A stretch of DNA of 64,000 nucleotides from Octopus vulgaris (Eukaryota). Below the pieces are notes generated by a model. That model ran no database searches. It was not told the origin of the DNA and saw only the letters and a program-made list of their open reading frames with translations. A program made the position numbers and the translations under genes. Of the stretch, positions 15,578 through 27,411 are shown piece after piece. The DNA is taken from positions 2,294,001 to 2,358,000 of the forward strand of contig OX597841.1 in the NCBI GenBank assembly GCA_951406725.2, given 5' to 3'. Within the stretch, counting starts at the first letter, position 1. Every line of letters starts with the position of its first letter.

Positions 15578-16280
15578 GAATTAGAGATAAAACCACTATT
15601 ATGCAACTCAAACAGTGATAGACATAAACCAATACATAAATAACAAATAATATAACTCTAATTATAGTTATTATATTATTAATTACTAGCAGTATCGCCC
15701 GGCGTTGCTCGGGTTTGTAAGGGAAATAACTATATAAGCATTTTTAGAGAGTTACTTCCTTTATAGATGCCAATTCGGGCTTTCTTAGCCATTTCTGTTT
15801 TGGTGTCTTCAAGCCATGAAGTCGTTCTAAAAGATCGCTGGTCTCCTTGACAACGCATTACGACGTTGATTTCCTTAAACTCCCTTCCCCACAGCTTCAC
15901 AAGGGAGGGGAGAAGGAAACACAGGTGCAGGTGTTTGAGCGTGGACGCCAACTCCGCCGCCATCGACACACGAAAAATTATGCATTAAAATGGAATAAAA
16001 AATTATGTTAAATTATTTTTAAAATCGTAGACTCATCGTAGACGCGCGCTAATACTCAGACGGGCTCGATATTAATCACGACTATAAGATACCCGAATTT
16101 GGTTAAACTGCACCGCAAAATGTGGGAGGAGTTAGGAATCTAAATCGTAGGAGACAGACACTTACACAACTACAGTTTTATATATATAGATATAATTATA
16201 TTATTTGTTATTTATGTATTGGTTTATGTCTATCACTTTGAGTTGCATAATGGTGGTTTTATCTCTAATTCATATTTTAT
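15570..16280. repeat. ~85-bp inverted repeat (15570-15655 / 16195-16280) enclosing a Helitron-like copy
   Basis: AAAATATGAATTAGAGATAAAACCAC... is the reverse complement of ...GTGGTTTTATCTCTAATTCATATTTT. Confidence 0.8.
15686..16190 (-). mobile_element. Non-autonomous Helitron-like element (family E)
   Basis: Near-identical to the 14729 copy. Confidence 0.8.
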
Positions 16281-16374
16281 ATATTTATACTGTGAAATTT
16301 GATTTAATACTAAATCGAATTTTTCCAGTAAGTTTGGAGCTATACTCCCTAATATTATTATTATTATATATATA

Positions 16375-16756
16375 GGATCTTTTCGGTTTGAACGGCAGTT
16401 TTTAGCATAATTTCTAGTTAACTAAAAAATTTTAAACTTCGTATACTGGTAGAATGTGTTTATAAAACATCTTTTTCTATTGGCTTTATTGAGAAAATTC
16501 TGATATTTGTTTTTGTTTTTCTGCAATTTCAACCAATCACTGACGTCTATTGAGGTAAAAAAAAAAAACATTCTGTGCCGTATGAATATGTCCCTCGTTT
16601 AAGTGGGTTTATTTACATTTGTGAAGAAAAAAAGATACCCTCCCCCTAACCCTAAAACAGATTGAAATGCAATAGATCGATACTAGGGTCATAATTATGG
16701 GTGACAATTTCATATGACACCGCTAGAAAAAACTGCCGTTCAAACCGAAAAGATCC
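16375..16756. mobile_element. MITE with GGATCTTTTCGGTTTGAACGGCAGTTTTT TIRs
   Basis: Perfect ~29-bp TIRs; related partial copies at 11161, 19240, 33105-33315(-), 45063. Confidence 0.8.
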
Positions 16757-16774
16757 TATATGGATATATATATA

Positions 16775-17153
16775 GGCGTAGGAGTGGCTGTGTGGTAAGT
16801 AGCTTGCTTACCAACCACATGGTTCCGGGTTCAGTCCCACTGCGTGGCACCTTGGGCAAGTGTCTTCTACTATAGCCTCGGGCCGACCAAAGCCTTGTGA
16901 GTGGATTTCGTAGACGGAAACTGAAAGAAGCCCGCCGTATATATGTATATGTTTGTGTGTCTGTGTTTGTCCCCCCAACATCGCTTGACAACCGATAGTG
17001 GTATGTTTACATCCCCGTAACTTAGCGGTTCGGCAAAAGGGACCGATAGAATAAGAACTGGGCTTACAAAGAATAAGTCCCGGGGTCGATTTGCTCGACT
17101 ATAGGCGGTGCTCCAGCATGGCCGCAGTTAAATGACTGAAACAAGTAAAAGAG
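16775..17153 (+). mobile_element. SINE family A
   Basis: Homology to the 10092 copy. Confidence 0.85.
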
Positions 17154-17272
17154 TATGTGTGTGTGTGTATGTATGCATGAGAATGAGAGGGAGACAGACA
17201 GAGAAACGCTATATCTACCATTTCATGTCACTGAATATTTTCCCCATAACTTATTGAAATTTTATATATATA

Positions 17273-17788
17273 CTAGCAGTATCGCCCGGCGTTGCTCGGG
17301 TTTGTAAGGGAAATAACTATATAAGCATTTTTAGAGAGTTACTTCCCTTATAGATGCCAATTCGGGCTTTCTTAGCCATTTCTGTTTTGGTGTCTTCAAG
17401 CCATGAAGTCGTTGTTCTAAAAGAACGCTGGTCTCCTTGACAACGCATTACGACGTTGATTTCCTTACACTCCCTTCCCCACAGCTTCACGAGGGAGGGA
17501 AGAAGGGGAGAAGCAAACACAGGTGCAGGTGTTTGAGCGTGGACGCCAACTCCGCCGCCATCGACACACGAAAAATTATGCATTAAAATGGAATAAAAAA
17601 TTTTGTTAAATTATTTTTAAAATCGTAGACTCATCGTAGACGCGCGCTAATACCCAGAAGGGCTCGATATGAATCACGACTATAAGATACCCGCTTTTGG
17701 TTAAACTGCACCGCAAAATGTGGGAGGAGTTAGGAATCTAAATCGTAGGAGACGGACACTCACACAACTTCACTTTTATATATATAGA
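17273..17788 (-). mobile_element. Non-autonomous Helitron-like element (family E)
   Basis: Near-identical to the 14729 copy. Confidence 0.8.
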
Positions 17789-18099
17789 TTAATGAAATTT
17801 TGAAGAAATAAATTTTCCAGACACATTTAGTAATATGATAATAACATTGAAAATAAATAAAAATTAAGTAAAAGAAGAAAAATGTCAATTTATTAAAGGT
17901 TGCTGTTCCAAACGGACGACAATGTGACCTGCGTAAATGTTTAAAAAGCTTAGCTTAAAAAACAAAAAAATTGTTTTTAAGTTTTCTCATCATTATTTTT
18001 TTAAAAAATAAAATGTGTGAAAAATCTCGAGCATTACTGAGATATTCCAACTTTATGAGAGCCTACCATTCCGAAAGTCTGTGCCAGTCCGTCTGTCTA

Positions 18100-18540
18100 C
18101 CTACGTACATACATACACATACATACGTACTTACATCATATACATACATACATACATGCATACATACACACACACATACATACATACACACACACATACA
18201 TACATACGTACATACATACATACATACACACACACATACGTACATACATACACACACACATACATACATACACACACATACATACATGGATACATACATA
18301 TACATACATACACATACATACATATACTTACATACATACATACATATATACATACATACATACATACATAAATACATGTGTGTGTGTGTATGTATCTCTG
18401 CGTATTGTGTGTGTGTGTGTATACGCATAGATATAGAGATATAAGCGAATACATACATACATACGTACGTACGTACTTACAGATTTATACATATATGTAT
18501 ATATACATATTTATACATATATATGTATATACATATTCAC
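18100..18540. repeat. (TACA)n/(CA)n/(TG)n compound microsatellite
   Basis: Direct inspection. Confidence 0.9.
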
Positions 18541-18805
18541 ACAACCCAATCTCTGTTGGTATTCGAGATACTTTCTTCCATTTTGCAGTTTCATGAAACA
18601 GTTCATCGAAATAAAAATCACTTTACACAAACTTAATTGGCGCTCATTTTTCTCAATAAAATGCTGCAAGTCTTCTCGATATGAGATCGTAAATAAAGCT
18701 GTGTAGGGTTTATACTCATGAAAAAACAAAAACAAAAAATCCCTTTGAAATGAGAAGGAACGAAAATTTGAGAAATTCTGGAAAAGAAGAAGAATAAAAT
18801 AAAAG

Positions 18806-18920
18806 GCTTACCTTAATTATTTGTTGCCTCTTTCCTCGGTCGACATTTGAAAATCTTTGCAAGTTTTGAGAAGATGTCGTCTGCTCTGAAAGTCACGTGA
18901 CACTTAACCCGCGCGTTCCC
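18806..18920 (-). promoter_or_regulatory. Candidate orphan promoter and first exon: GTCACGTGAC E-box (18892-18901) and AAG|GTAAGC donor (18811)
   Basis: CpG-rich island in AT-rich background, perfect 10-bp palindrome, strong donor about 80 nt downstream on the minus strand. Confidence 0.4.
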
Positions 18921-19424
18921 CTCCCACTTCCACTTCTATTCTCACTCCCACTTCCACCCTGTCCCTTACACGGCGTCCTCATCGGAATTAGATTCCGGAA
19001 TAACAGAATGTCGACAAAGGTTTAAAGTTTTATTGTTTTTGTAAAATAGCGTGTAAAAAGGAGACTAAGTCTCTTGAAGTATTTGTATTATACACACATA
19101 CATGCACACGTGTGCATGTAGTATATATATGCATAAGATACATTATGTGTATATATACATATGTACAAGCCCGTTGTGTGTGTGTGTTTGTACTCACACC
19201 GATGCTGGTATGTTTACGTCCCCGTAACTTACCGATTCGGGATCTTTTCACTTTGACCGTCAGATTTTTAAAATAATTTCCACTTTTAAACTTCATATAC
19301 TGGTAGAATGTGTTCCATAAAACATCTTTTTCTCTTGGCTTTATTGAGAAAATTCTGTAGTTTGTAAGATATTTGTTGTTAAATTTCTTGCATTTCGGCA
19401 ACCAATTGAAATAAATACCAAAAT

Positions 19425-19441
19425 GAAATTATATATGTATG

Positions 19442-19524
<83 letters not shown>

Positions 19525-19550
19525 TTTTATATATATATGCATATATACAT
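19425..19550. repeat. (TA)n microsatellite
   Basis: Direct inspection. Confidence 0.9.
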
Positions 19551-19617
19551 ACATTCAAAATGTGACCGTGTGTGTACCGTTGGCGATTTTTTTCCCCTCT
19601 GTCTTCCCTTCTCCTAT

Positions 19618-19652
19618 GTTTCCGACGAAGAGCTCCGCTCGAAACGTTAAAC
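19618..19652 (+). ncRNA. Variant minimal hammerhead-like motif, probably Penelope-like-element derived
   Basis: GTTT-CCGACGA-A-GAGC(tcc)GCTC-GAAAC-GTT-AAAC. Confidence 0.4.
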
Positions 19653-19777
19653 CCTCCTTTTTCCCTTCCTTCCTGAGCGTCCAATAATACTATATTTGTT
19701 CCACGTCCTCGCATTGTTGTGTTTTTTTGTGCTTTCTTGTTTAGATTAACTATACATACATATATATATATACACAT

Positions 19778-19812
<35 letters not shown>

Positions 19813-21546
19813 AATTTCATTTTGGTATTTATTTTGTTTGTAAGATTAAAAATGGCTGAAGATTAGTATCACGCTTGAAACTCTCGGAGCAGCGACGAAT
19901 TTGAATCAAACTGCTTCAATCCATACATGTAACTCCCAATAAATGTATTGAGTTCCCATCTTTCGTTTGTGCACTCACTTGTATATACGTGTAAATACAA
20001 TTTTGATGCATCCTCATATAATATAAAGATGAGAATGTCTGTCTGTGTGAATCCCTAACTATACAACCAATTTCATTCAAATTTTACACATGCCTTACTT
20101 AGGGTTCATGTAGTGGCATAGGCCAATAAGATTTTTAACTTGTTGCTTAATGCGAGCCCAGAGCAATATCATATCTCCTCCACTATTTCAGTATTACGTG
20201 TCAAAAGTGAAACAATAACATCACTCTATTGTTATGTCAGATATTTTCACTTTAATACTGAAACTATTATCTCACTTATATACAGGCATACACATATATA
20301 ATATATACATACATATATCATCATCATCATCATCATTTAACGTCCGCTTTCCATGCTAGCATGGGTTGGACGGTTCAACTGGAAAGTCAAAAGGCTGCAC
20401 CAGGCCCAGTCTGATCTGGCAGTGTTTCTACAGCTGGATGCCCTTCCTGACGCCAACCACTCCGTGGGTGTAGTGGGTGCTTTTTACGTGCCACCGGCAC
20501 AGGTGCTAGATGAGGTTGGCAAACGGCCACGGTCGGATGGTGCTTTTTACGTATATATATAATTAATAGTATCAGGGTAATAAAGATTTTAGAAATTTTT
20601 ACTACTAGTGGCCTAGCATATAGAAAAATTAGTCAATAGACTATATATTATTCATACAAAATACACATCCATCCTGCTAGAAGGAACAGCTAAAGGCCAA
20701 ACCATTAATTAGGGATAAAATCTCAAAGGGAATGAAAAATAAAAACATTTTCCATGGTCCAGGGAATAGATGGTAGATGTTTTTATGGAATTAGGAAGAG
20801 AGTTGGCCTAGATATGATGCAGTTTGGTTTTGTGCCTGGAACAAGCGCTACTGATGCTAACTTCCTAGTAAGGCAACTTCTGGAGAAGAATTTAGCAACA
20901 GATAAACCTTTGTATTTGGCTTGTGTCAACACGGAGAAAGCCATTGACATCTGGTATCAAAGTGCCTTGGAGTTAGTTGCAGATCAGACAAATTCCTAAT
21001 TCTTTTCCTTAGCTAAACTGATATTCTCTGTGTCCAAGTCATTCCCTATCTCTAATTATGTGTCACACTATTTTCACTCAGCTCACATAACCTATGCATT
21101 CACCTTTGCTGCTTTTGTATTGTATTGTCAAACTGTCCAACCCATGCCAGCATGGAAAGCAGATGTTAAATGACAACAACGATGTTTCCTATCATAGAAG
21201 CAAGGTAATACTTCCTTTTATAATTTCTGTATTTATTGCTAATACAATAACTGCACAGTGATATTATCGCTTTAGTTTGCAACTACTTACCTCCAACGAC
21301 AAATTAAACAAATCTTTTCTCATTTCCAAATGCTCATAAGGAATATATATATATATCTATATATATATAAAATTACAAAGTGAGATAAAGGTTATGAGTG
21401 TAACCCACTATGGGATATCATTTATCCAGTATACTGCCAGTAAAGTACCCAGAAAGGCTAATACATAAATGCTAAGAATTGCAATGCAATTAATTCATTT
21501 ATTGTATTATATGGGCGAAGGTAAAATGTTTTACCTCAAATTCATG

Positions 21547-21700
21547 ATACAAAATAATAAAATGGAAGAATAGATTTCTTTCAATCATCAACTACTAGAT
21601 AATACCAATTCATATAATTTATTAACTAATTATATGAATTGGTATTATCTAGTAGTTGATGATTGAAAGAAATCTATTCCTCCATTTTCTTATTTTGTAT
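21547..21700. repeat. Near-perfect palindrome with ~70-bp arms
   Basis: TCAATCATCAACTACTAGATAATACCAATTCATATAATT mirrored by AATTATATGAATTGGTATTATCTAGTAGTTGATGATTGA. Confidence 0.85.
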
Positions 21701-21836
21701 ATATATATATATATATCAATGTTCTGAAAAAAATTGTTTTATGAGGAGTCATGATGAATAAAGCCTATAAGCACATTCACTAGTTGTCGCTTGTCTATAT
21801 TTCACTTCTTTTTCTGAAGTAATTGATGCTTATGAT

Positions 21837-22233
21837 ACTCTCTCTTTACTCTTTTACTTGTTTCAGTCATTTGACTGCGGCCATGCTGGAGCACCACCTT
21901 TAGTCGAGCAAATCGACTCCGGGACTTATTCTTTGTAAGCCCAGTACTTATTCTATCGGTCTCTTTTGCCGAACCGCCAGGTGACGGGGACGTAAACACA
22001 CCAGCATCGGTTGTCAAGCAATGCCAGGGGGACAAACACAGACACACAAACTTATATATACATACATATATACGACAGGTTTCTTTCGGTTTCCGTCTAC
22101 CAAATTCACTCACAAGGCATTGGCCGGCCCGGAGCTATAGCAGAAGACACTTGCCCAAGATGCCACGCAGTGGGACTGAACCCGGAACCATGTGGTTGGT
22201 TAGCAAGCTACTTACCACACAGCCACTCCTGTG
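21837..22233 (-). mobile_element. SINE family A
   Basis: Homology to the 10092 copy. Confidence 0.85.
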
Positions 22234-22617
22234 CCATACCTGAAAATATTATCTTCTTTGATATTGAGAAGGTTACAGATAGGTTTCAAAACAACAAATT
22301 CAAAGTCAAGAAGAAATTACTTTTATTAAAAATACTACATTGGTGTGTTATCTCATCAATGTAGATATAGTTGTAGTGATATAAAATATAGTGTTGGGAG
22401 GCTGTTATCAAACTCCTTTCTCATCTAAAAACACTAGCAGTTAAAGATGTCTTTATTCTTACTTTCTGCAAAAGAAATTTTGAGAGTAAACCATATCCTG
22501 GCAGACTGTAAAAAATAAGCAAAGGGGTTGGCATCAGTAAATGTCAAACAAGCTAAAAAATGGGAGACACATTGAGTGGATTTGTTACTAGCATGGCTAA
22601 AAGGCACATGGTTAACC

Positions 22618-23692
22618 TTATACATGAGTAGATATATGTTTATTTAACTTACGATTTTCGGAGAAAGATTTACCACAGATATCACAATGATATGGCTTCT
22701 CTCCTGTATGAATGCGTTTGTGTAAAGTTAAGGCACTACTTACAGAGAATGATTTACTACAGATATCACAGGCATATGGCTTTTCACCAGTATGGATACG
22801 TTTGTGAGAAATTAAGTTACTACTTGCAGAGAATGATTTACCACAGATATCACAGTGATGTGGTTTGTCACCTGTGTGAATATGTTTGTGAGAAGTTAAG
22901 TTATAACTTTGTGAGAATGATTTACCACAGACATCACATTGAAATGGCTTCTCTCCTGTATGAATAACTTTGTGCCTAGTTAAATCACTGTTTGCAGAGA
23001 ATGATTTACCACAGATATCACAGTGAAATGGCTTCTCTCCTGTGTGAATATGCATGTGTTTACTTAAGTAACTACTTACAGAGAATGATTTACCACAGAT
23101 ATCACAGTGATATGGCTTTTTTACAGAATGAATGCGTTTGTGTTTAGTTAAAACACTACTTTCGGAGAATGATTTACCACAGATATCACAGCTATATGGC
23201 TTCTCTCCTGAATGAATGCGTTTGTGAGAAGTCAAGTGATAACTTCGAGAGAATGATTTACCACAGATATCACAGTGATATGGCTTTCTCTCCCGTATGA
23301 ACACGTTTGTGTGTAATTAAGACAGCACTTTGAGAGAATGATTTACCACAGATATCACAATGATATGGCTTCTCCCCAGTATGAATGCGAATGTGCTTAT
23401 TTAAGTCAATATTTTGAGAAAATGATTTGTCACAGACATTACAGCGATATGGCTTCTCTCCTGTATGAATACGTATGTGTATTGTTAGGGCGGTACTTCC
23501 AGAGAAAGATTTACCACAGACGTCACAACGATATGGCTTCTCTCCCCTTGTATGAATACGTTGGTGTTTAGTCAAGTTATCTTTTAGAGAGAATGTCTTT
23601 TCACAGATATCACAGCCATAGGACAAATTACTTGTTTCTTTTATTATGACTTCAGGTAAAATCGATTCCTCAAGTTTCTCACTTTCTTCCAT
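22618..23692 (-). CDS. ZF3: C2H2 zinc-finger gene, about 12 fingers, with a +1 frameshift near 23285 (pseudogene or sequencing error)
   Basis: Two overlapping finger ORFs; extra T in GGCTTTCTCTCC versus consensus GGCTTCTCTCC; ATG at 23692 (MEESEKL). Confidence 0.8.
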
Positions 23693-24126
23693 AATTTTTC
23701 TTTTCAAATCTCTCTCTCTCTCACTATATATATATATTTTCTTACAGTTTATGCCTTGCCAATATTTCAATCACTGTATTTCTGTCCAGTGTTACCTTTG
23801 TCTCAGAACGTTTTTCTCAATTTATTCAAGTTTAATTTGCACACAAATTCATTTTGTAGACGATCCAGTCAGAAACGCATCGAAATTTTGGCAATAATCA
23901 CAGGTCATAGAGCATATATTGCACTGGAATGCTATCATAAGTTTACAGAAATGGTATTATACGTCTGCTTTCAATAGCATTTTCTTTGTCTTCAAAACAC
24001 GATAAATATTTTGAAATATCTTCAGTTACCCCAATGTCATTTGATATGTCCTGAAATAATAAAGAAACAACAGTGTAAGATGCAGAAGCTACTTAAAAAT
24101 TACAGATTCAACACATATATACATAT

Positions 24127-24350
24127 CTATTTCTTTACTACCCACAAGGGGTTAAACATAGAGGGGACAAACAAGGACAGACAAACGAATTACATCGACC
24201 CCAGTGCGTAACTGGTACTTAATTTATCGACCCCGAAAGGATGAAAGGCAAAGTCGACCTCGGCGGAATTTGAACTCAGAACGTAACGGCAGACGAAATA
24301 CGACTACGCATTTCGCCCGGCGTGCTAACGTTTCTGCCAGCTCGCCGCCT
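24127..24350 (-). mobile_element. SINE family C
   Basis: Homology to 6750-6977. Confidence 0.8.
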
Positions 24351-24401
24351 TATATACATATCATACACAAACTCAGCATGAGAGATATACATAAATAAAG
24401 A

Positions 24402-24442
<41 letters not shown>

Positions 24443-24659
24443 AAAGTTAAACAACATAGCTTATTTTAGCATTTTTGTAGACATTTACGGAGTCCAGTGC
24501 ACTGGTTCTGTGTGCTACCTTCTCTTTATACCAGAGGTCATTGTTCACATTGATATTCCACAACCTAAACCAAATCAATTGCTATCTATCATTAATTTCA
24601 CACTGTTGGTCCAGTGATTTTAGATATTAGCCCAGGAGGCTAAACCCAATTCACGAATT

Positions 24660-25075
24660 GGCAATCTTTCGTCTCTAGTAGACCTTTCCGTCGATTTCTG
24701 TAAAAAAAATTTTTTTTTTACATATGGGCTTGCGGGAACTTTTGAAGTAATGAGAGCGAAAGAGACTAAGAGAAAGCGATTGTATGACGAGGGAAGTTCT
24801 TTTGAAGTTACCGTCCAGGGGAAGCATTGATGTACATGTGTGTGTGTGTTTGATGGGGTGTGGGAGACATACAGTATGTTGTGTAAGTGAAGTGCTTCTG
24901 TTAGTGTGTGTGAAGAGACAGAGTAATGTGTGAAAGAAAGAGATAACTGAAATTTTTTACTCGGTGTATGTGTATATGTATGTATATTACTTCAAAAGTT
25001 CCCGCAAGCCCATATATATAAAAAAAAATTTTTACGGAAATCGACGGAAAGGTCTACTAGAGACGAAAGATCGCC
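24660..25075. mobile_element. MITE with ~90-bp TIRs and 8-bp TSD CACGAATT
   Basis: GGCAATCTTTCGTCTCTAGTAGACC... / ...GGTCTACTAGAGACGAAAGATCGCC; TSD at 24652-24659 and 25076-25083. Confidence 0.85.
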
Positions 25076-25429
25076 CACGAATTAAATATTTTGTACTACT
25101 CACCTCATATGACCACCAATACATTAACGAAACAATTGTCCTGAATGACGGTTTCCCTTCAAAGAAAGTGCCTGATCTAATTGGCAATCTCTTCCTACAC
25201 GGCCTTCTACATTACCAAATAATACCATCGCTAATTTTTTTTTATCTTTCGCCAAATATATTTCTAAGCCACATGAAGGGCAAATACGTTCCTTATGCAA
25301 GAGCCCATGTCGTCTGCACCAATCAATTGCATTAAATTAATAATCAAATCCGAACAATTTATGCTACTCACTGATGGGAAATTCATATAGAAATTGTAAA
25401 TGTTAACACTGAATATAAACAAAATGAAA

Positions 25430-25690
25430 CTAAATCACATTTAAGCTAAAAACGAAAGTAAATCATATTTAAGCGGTCACGCTTAAGCGAAACAAAGCAA
25501 AACAATATTTAAGGTAAAAACGAAAGTAAATCATATTTAAGCGGTCACGCTTAAGCGAAACAAAGCAAAACAATATTTAAGGTGAAAACGAAAGTAAATC
25601 ATATTTAAGCGGTCACGCTTAAGCGAAACGAAACAAAACAATATTTAAGGTAAAAACGAAAGTAAATCATATTTAAGCTTAAACGAAAAA
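25430..25690. repeat. 68-bp tandem repeat (about 3.5 units) containing hairpin TTAAGCG-GTCA-CGCTTAA
   Basis: AACGAAAGTA recurs at 25451, 25519, 25587, 25655. Confidence 0.9.
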
Positions 25691-25694
25691 TCGC

Positions 25695-25790
25695 CACCAA
25701 ATCTCGCACAAATCATAGACATCTCTCTTCTATAGCTAGAAATAGCAGCTAAATCTTGCACACATCATAAACATGTCTCACCCATAAAAG
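25695..25790 (-). repeat. One to two units of the 52-bp repeat in ZF3 intron 1
   Basis: CCAAATCTCGCACAAATCATAGACATCTCTCTTCTATAGCTAGAAATAGCAGC. Confidence 0.8.
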
Positions 25791-25872
25791 AGAAGCGAGA
25801 CAAAGAATCGCCACGTCAGAAACCGAACGTCTACAATATTTAAGATAAAAGATGTAATATTTTCATTGTTTA

Positions 25873-26260
25873 ATACTCACGGAAAAGTTTCGTAAAGGAT
25901 AACGTTCTTATAAGTGCGCTTGTGGTAGCTGAGAAATGTATTAAAAGTTAATGAGAGGTAATTCATCCCACCAGCAATTAAAGTAATGTCAACAGGGAAA
26001 CGGAAATATATCTAGTGCGCATGCGTGTGTTTTTACAAGACCCACGGCAGCGGATCTTTTCGGATTGAACAAGTCTTCATCCTCTGAAAGTATTATATAT
26101 GAAAGAATACGCATGCGCAATACTCGTACCTCCGTTTCTTGGCATCGGATGAGAAATGTCCTTCGCCTGAATTTCTCTTCTTCATCTTTTAATTCATTTC
26201 TCAACCAACATAAACACCGTTTATAGTAACACTGTCCACATCAAGCATTCACGTAAGTAT
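25873..26260. promoter_or_regulatory. Predicted bidirectional ZF3/ZF4 promoter with two NRF1-like palindromes (26016-26026, 26109-26119) and donors at 25880(-) and 26253(+)
   Basis: Left half homologous to the ZF8 promoter, right half to the ZF5/ZF6 promoters. Confidence 0.7.
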
Positions 26261-26479
26261 TCAACAACGAAAATATTCATTCTTTTATCTTCAATATATG
26301 AGACGTTCGGTTTCTGACATGTTCATTCTTTGTGTCTCTTCGGCTCAAGGCTATAGTAGAAGACACCTGCCCAGGGTGCTATGCAGTAGGACTGGACCTG
26401 GAACCATGTGGTTGGGAAGCAACCACACCTACACCAACATATGTATATATGCAACACTTATGTAGACATTCCTATGTAG

Positions 26480-27163
26480 ACATCGCCACAGATTGAGGAA
26501 GCAGGTTAAGGAGGGGATCGACACTTTTGAGAGAGCACGTATCCAGCATGAGTGGAGGCGCAATGGCCCAGTGGTTAGGGCAGCGGACTCGCGGTCATAG
26601 GATCGCGGTTTCGATTCCCAGACCGGGCGTTGTGAGTGTTTATTGAGCGAAAACACCTAAAAGCTCCACGAGGCTCCGGCAGGGGATGGTGGTGATCCCT
26701 GCTGTACTCTTTCACCACAACTTTCTCTCACTCTTCCTGTTTCTGTTGTACCTGTATTTCAAAGGACCGGCCTTGTCACTCTCTGTGTCACGCTGAATAT
26801 CCCCGAGAACTATGTTAAGGGTACACGTGTCTGTGGAGTGCTCAGCCACTTACACGTTAATTTCACGAGCAGGCTGTTCCGTTGATTCGGATCAACCGGA
26901 ACCCTCGTCGTCGTAACCGACGGAGTGCTTCCATCCATCCAGCATGAAGAACTTAAGCGAGCTGCACAAAAGCGCACGGATCGTATAGTGAATGGGGAAA
27001 GCTTGGTATGCAATGTTTGCAGTCGTGTATGCTTGTCAAGAGCAGGGCTCATTAGCCACCAAAGGAGCCGCAAATGCAAAACATAAGTTAGTCCTAGAGC
27101 GCACAATGTTCCTGAAGGTCGGCAATGGTCTTCCTCGGTGACGAGTGGACGGCCATCATCATC

Positions 27164-27165
<2 letters not shown>
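26480..27165 (+). mobile_element. 3' end of an RTE-like LINE (C-terminal CNVCSRVCLSRAGLISHQRS finger, (CAT)n tail) interrupted by a SINE
   Basis: Translation of 26991-27086; second copy at about 50380-50645. Confidence 0.65.
26554..26936 (+). mobile_element. SINE family B with TSD ATCCAGCATGA
   Basis: TSD at 26541-26551 and 26937-26947. Confidence 0.85.
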
Positions 27166-27202
<37 letters not shown>

Positions 27203-27411
27203 ATAAATATTAGGGAATAAATCCAAATTTACAGGGAAAAAATCAGATTTAGGATTAAATCCAATTTTATAGTAAAATATTATATAATATTAATATTATA
27301 TAATATAAATATTATATAATATTATATAGATTATATATATTTATATTTTTCATTGATAATTTTATTATTTTAAACTTATATTTTAATATATTGATATTTT
27401 AGATCGAAAAT

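Noticed and set aside
17971-19795. HTYI/MYVC/YI-rich ORFs
   Set aside because: Microsatellite translations
19856-19900. Third hammerhead candidate CTGAAGA...GAAAC
   Set aside because: Stem II is poor and there is no NUH triplet or stem I pairing
23270-23300. Programmed frameshifting in ZF3 or ZF5
   Set aside because: No slippery heptamer or downstream structure; simple indels or consensus errors are more likely. The isolated 3-nt insertions in ZF1, ZF3 and ZF9 also need read validation
26554-26625. tRNA-like sequence
   Set aside because: Head of a SINE with body, tail and TSD; not a standalone tRNA gene
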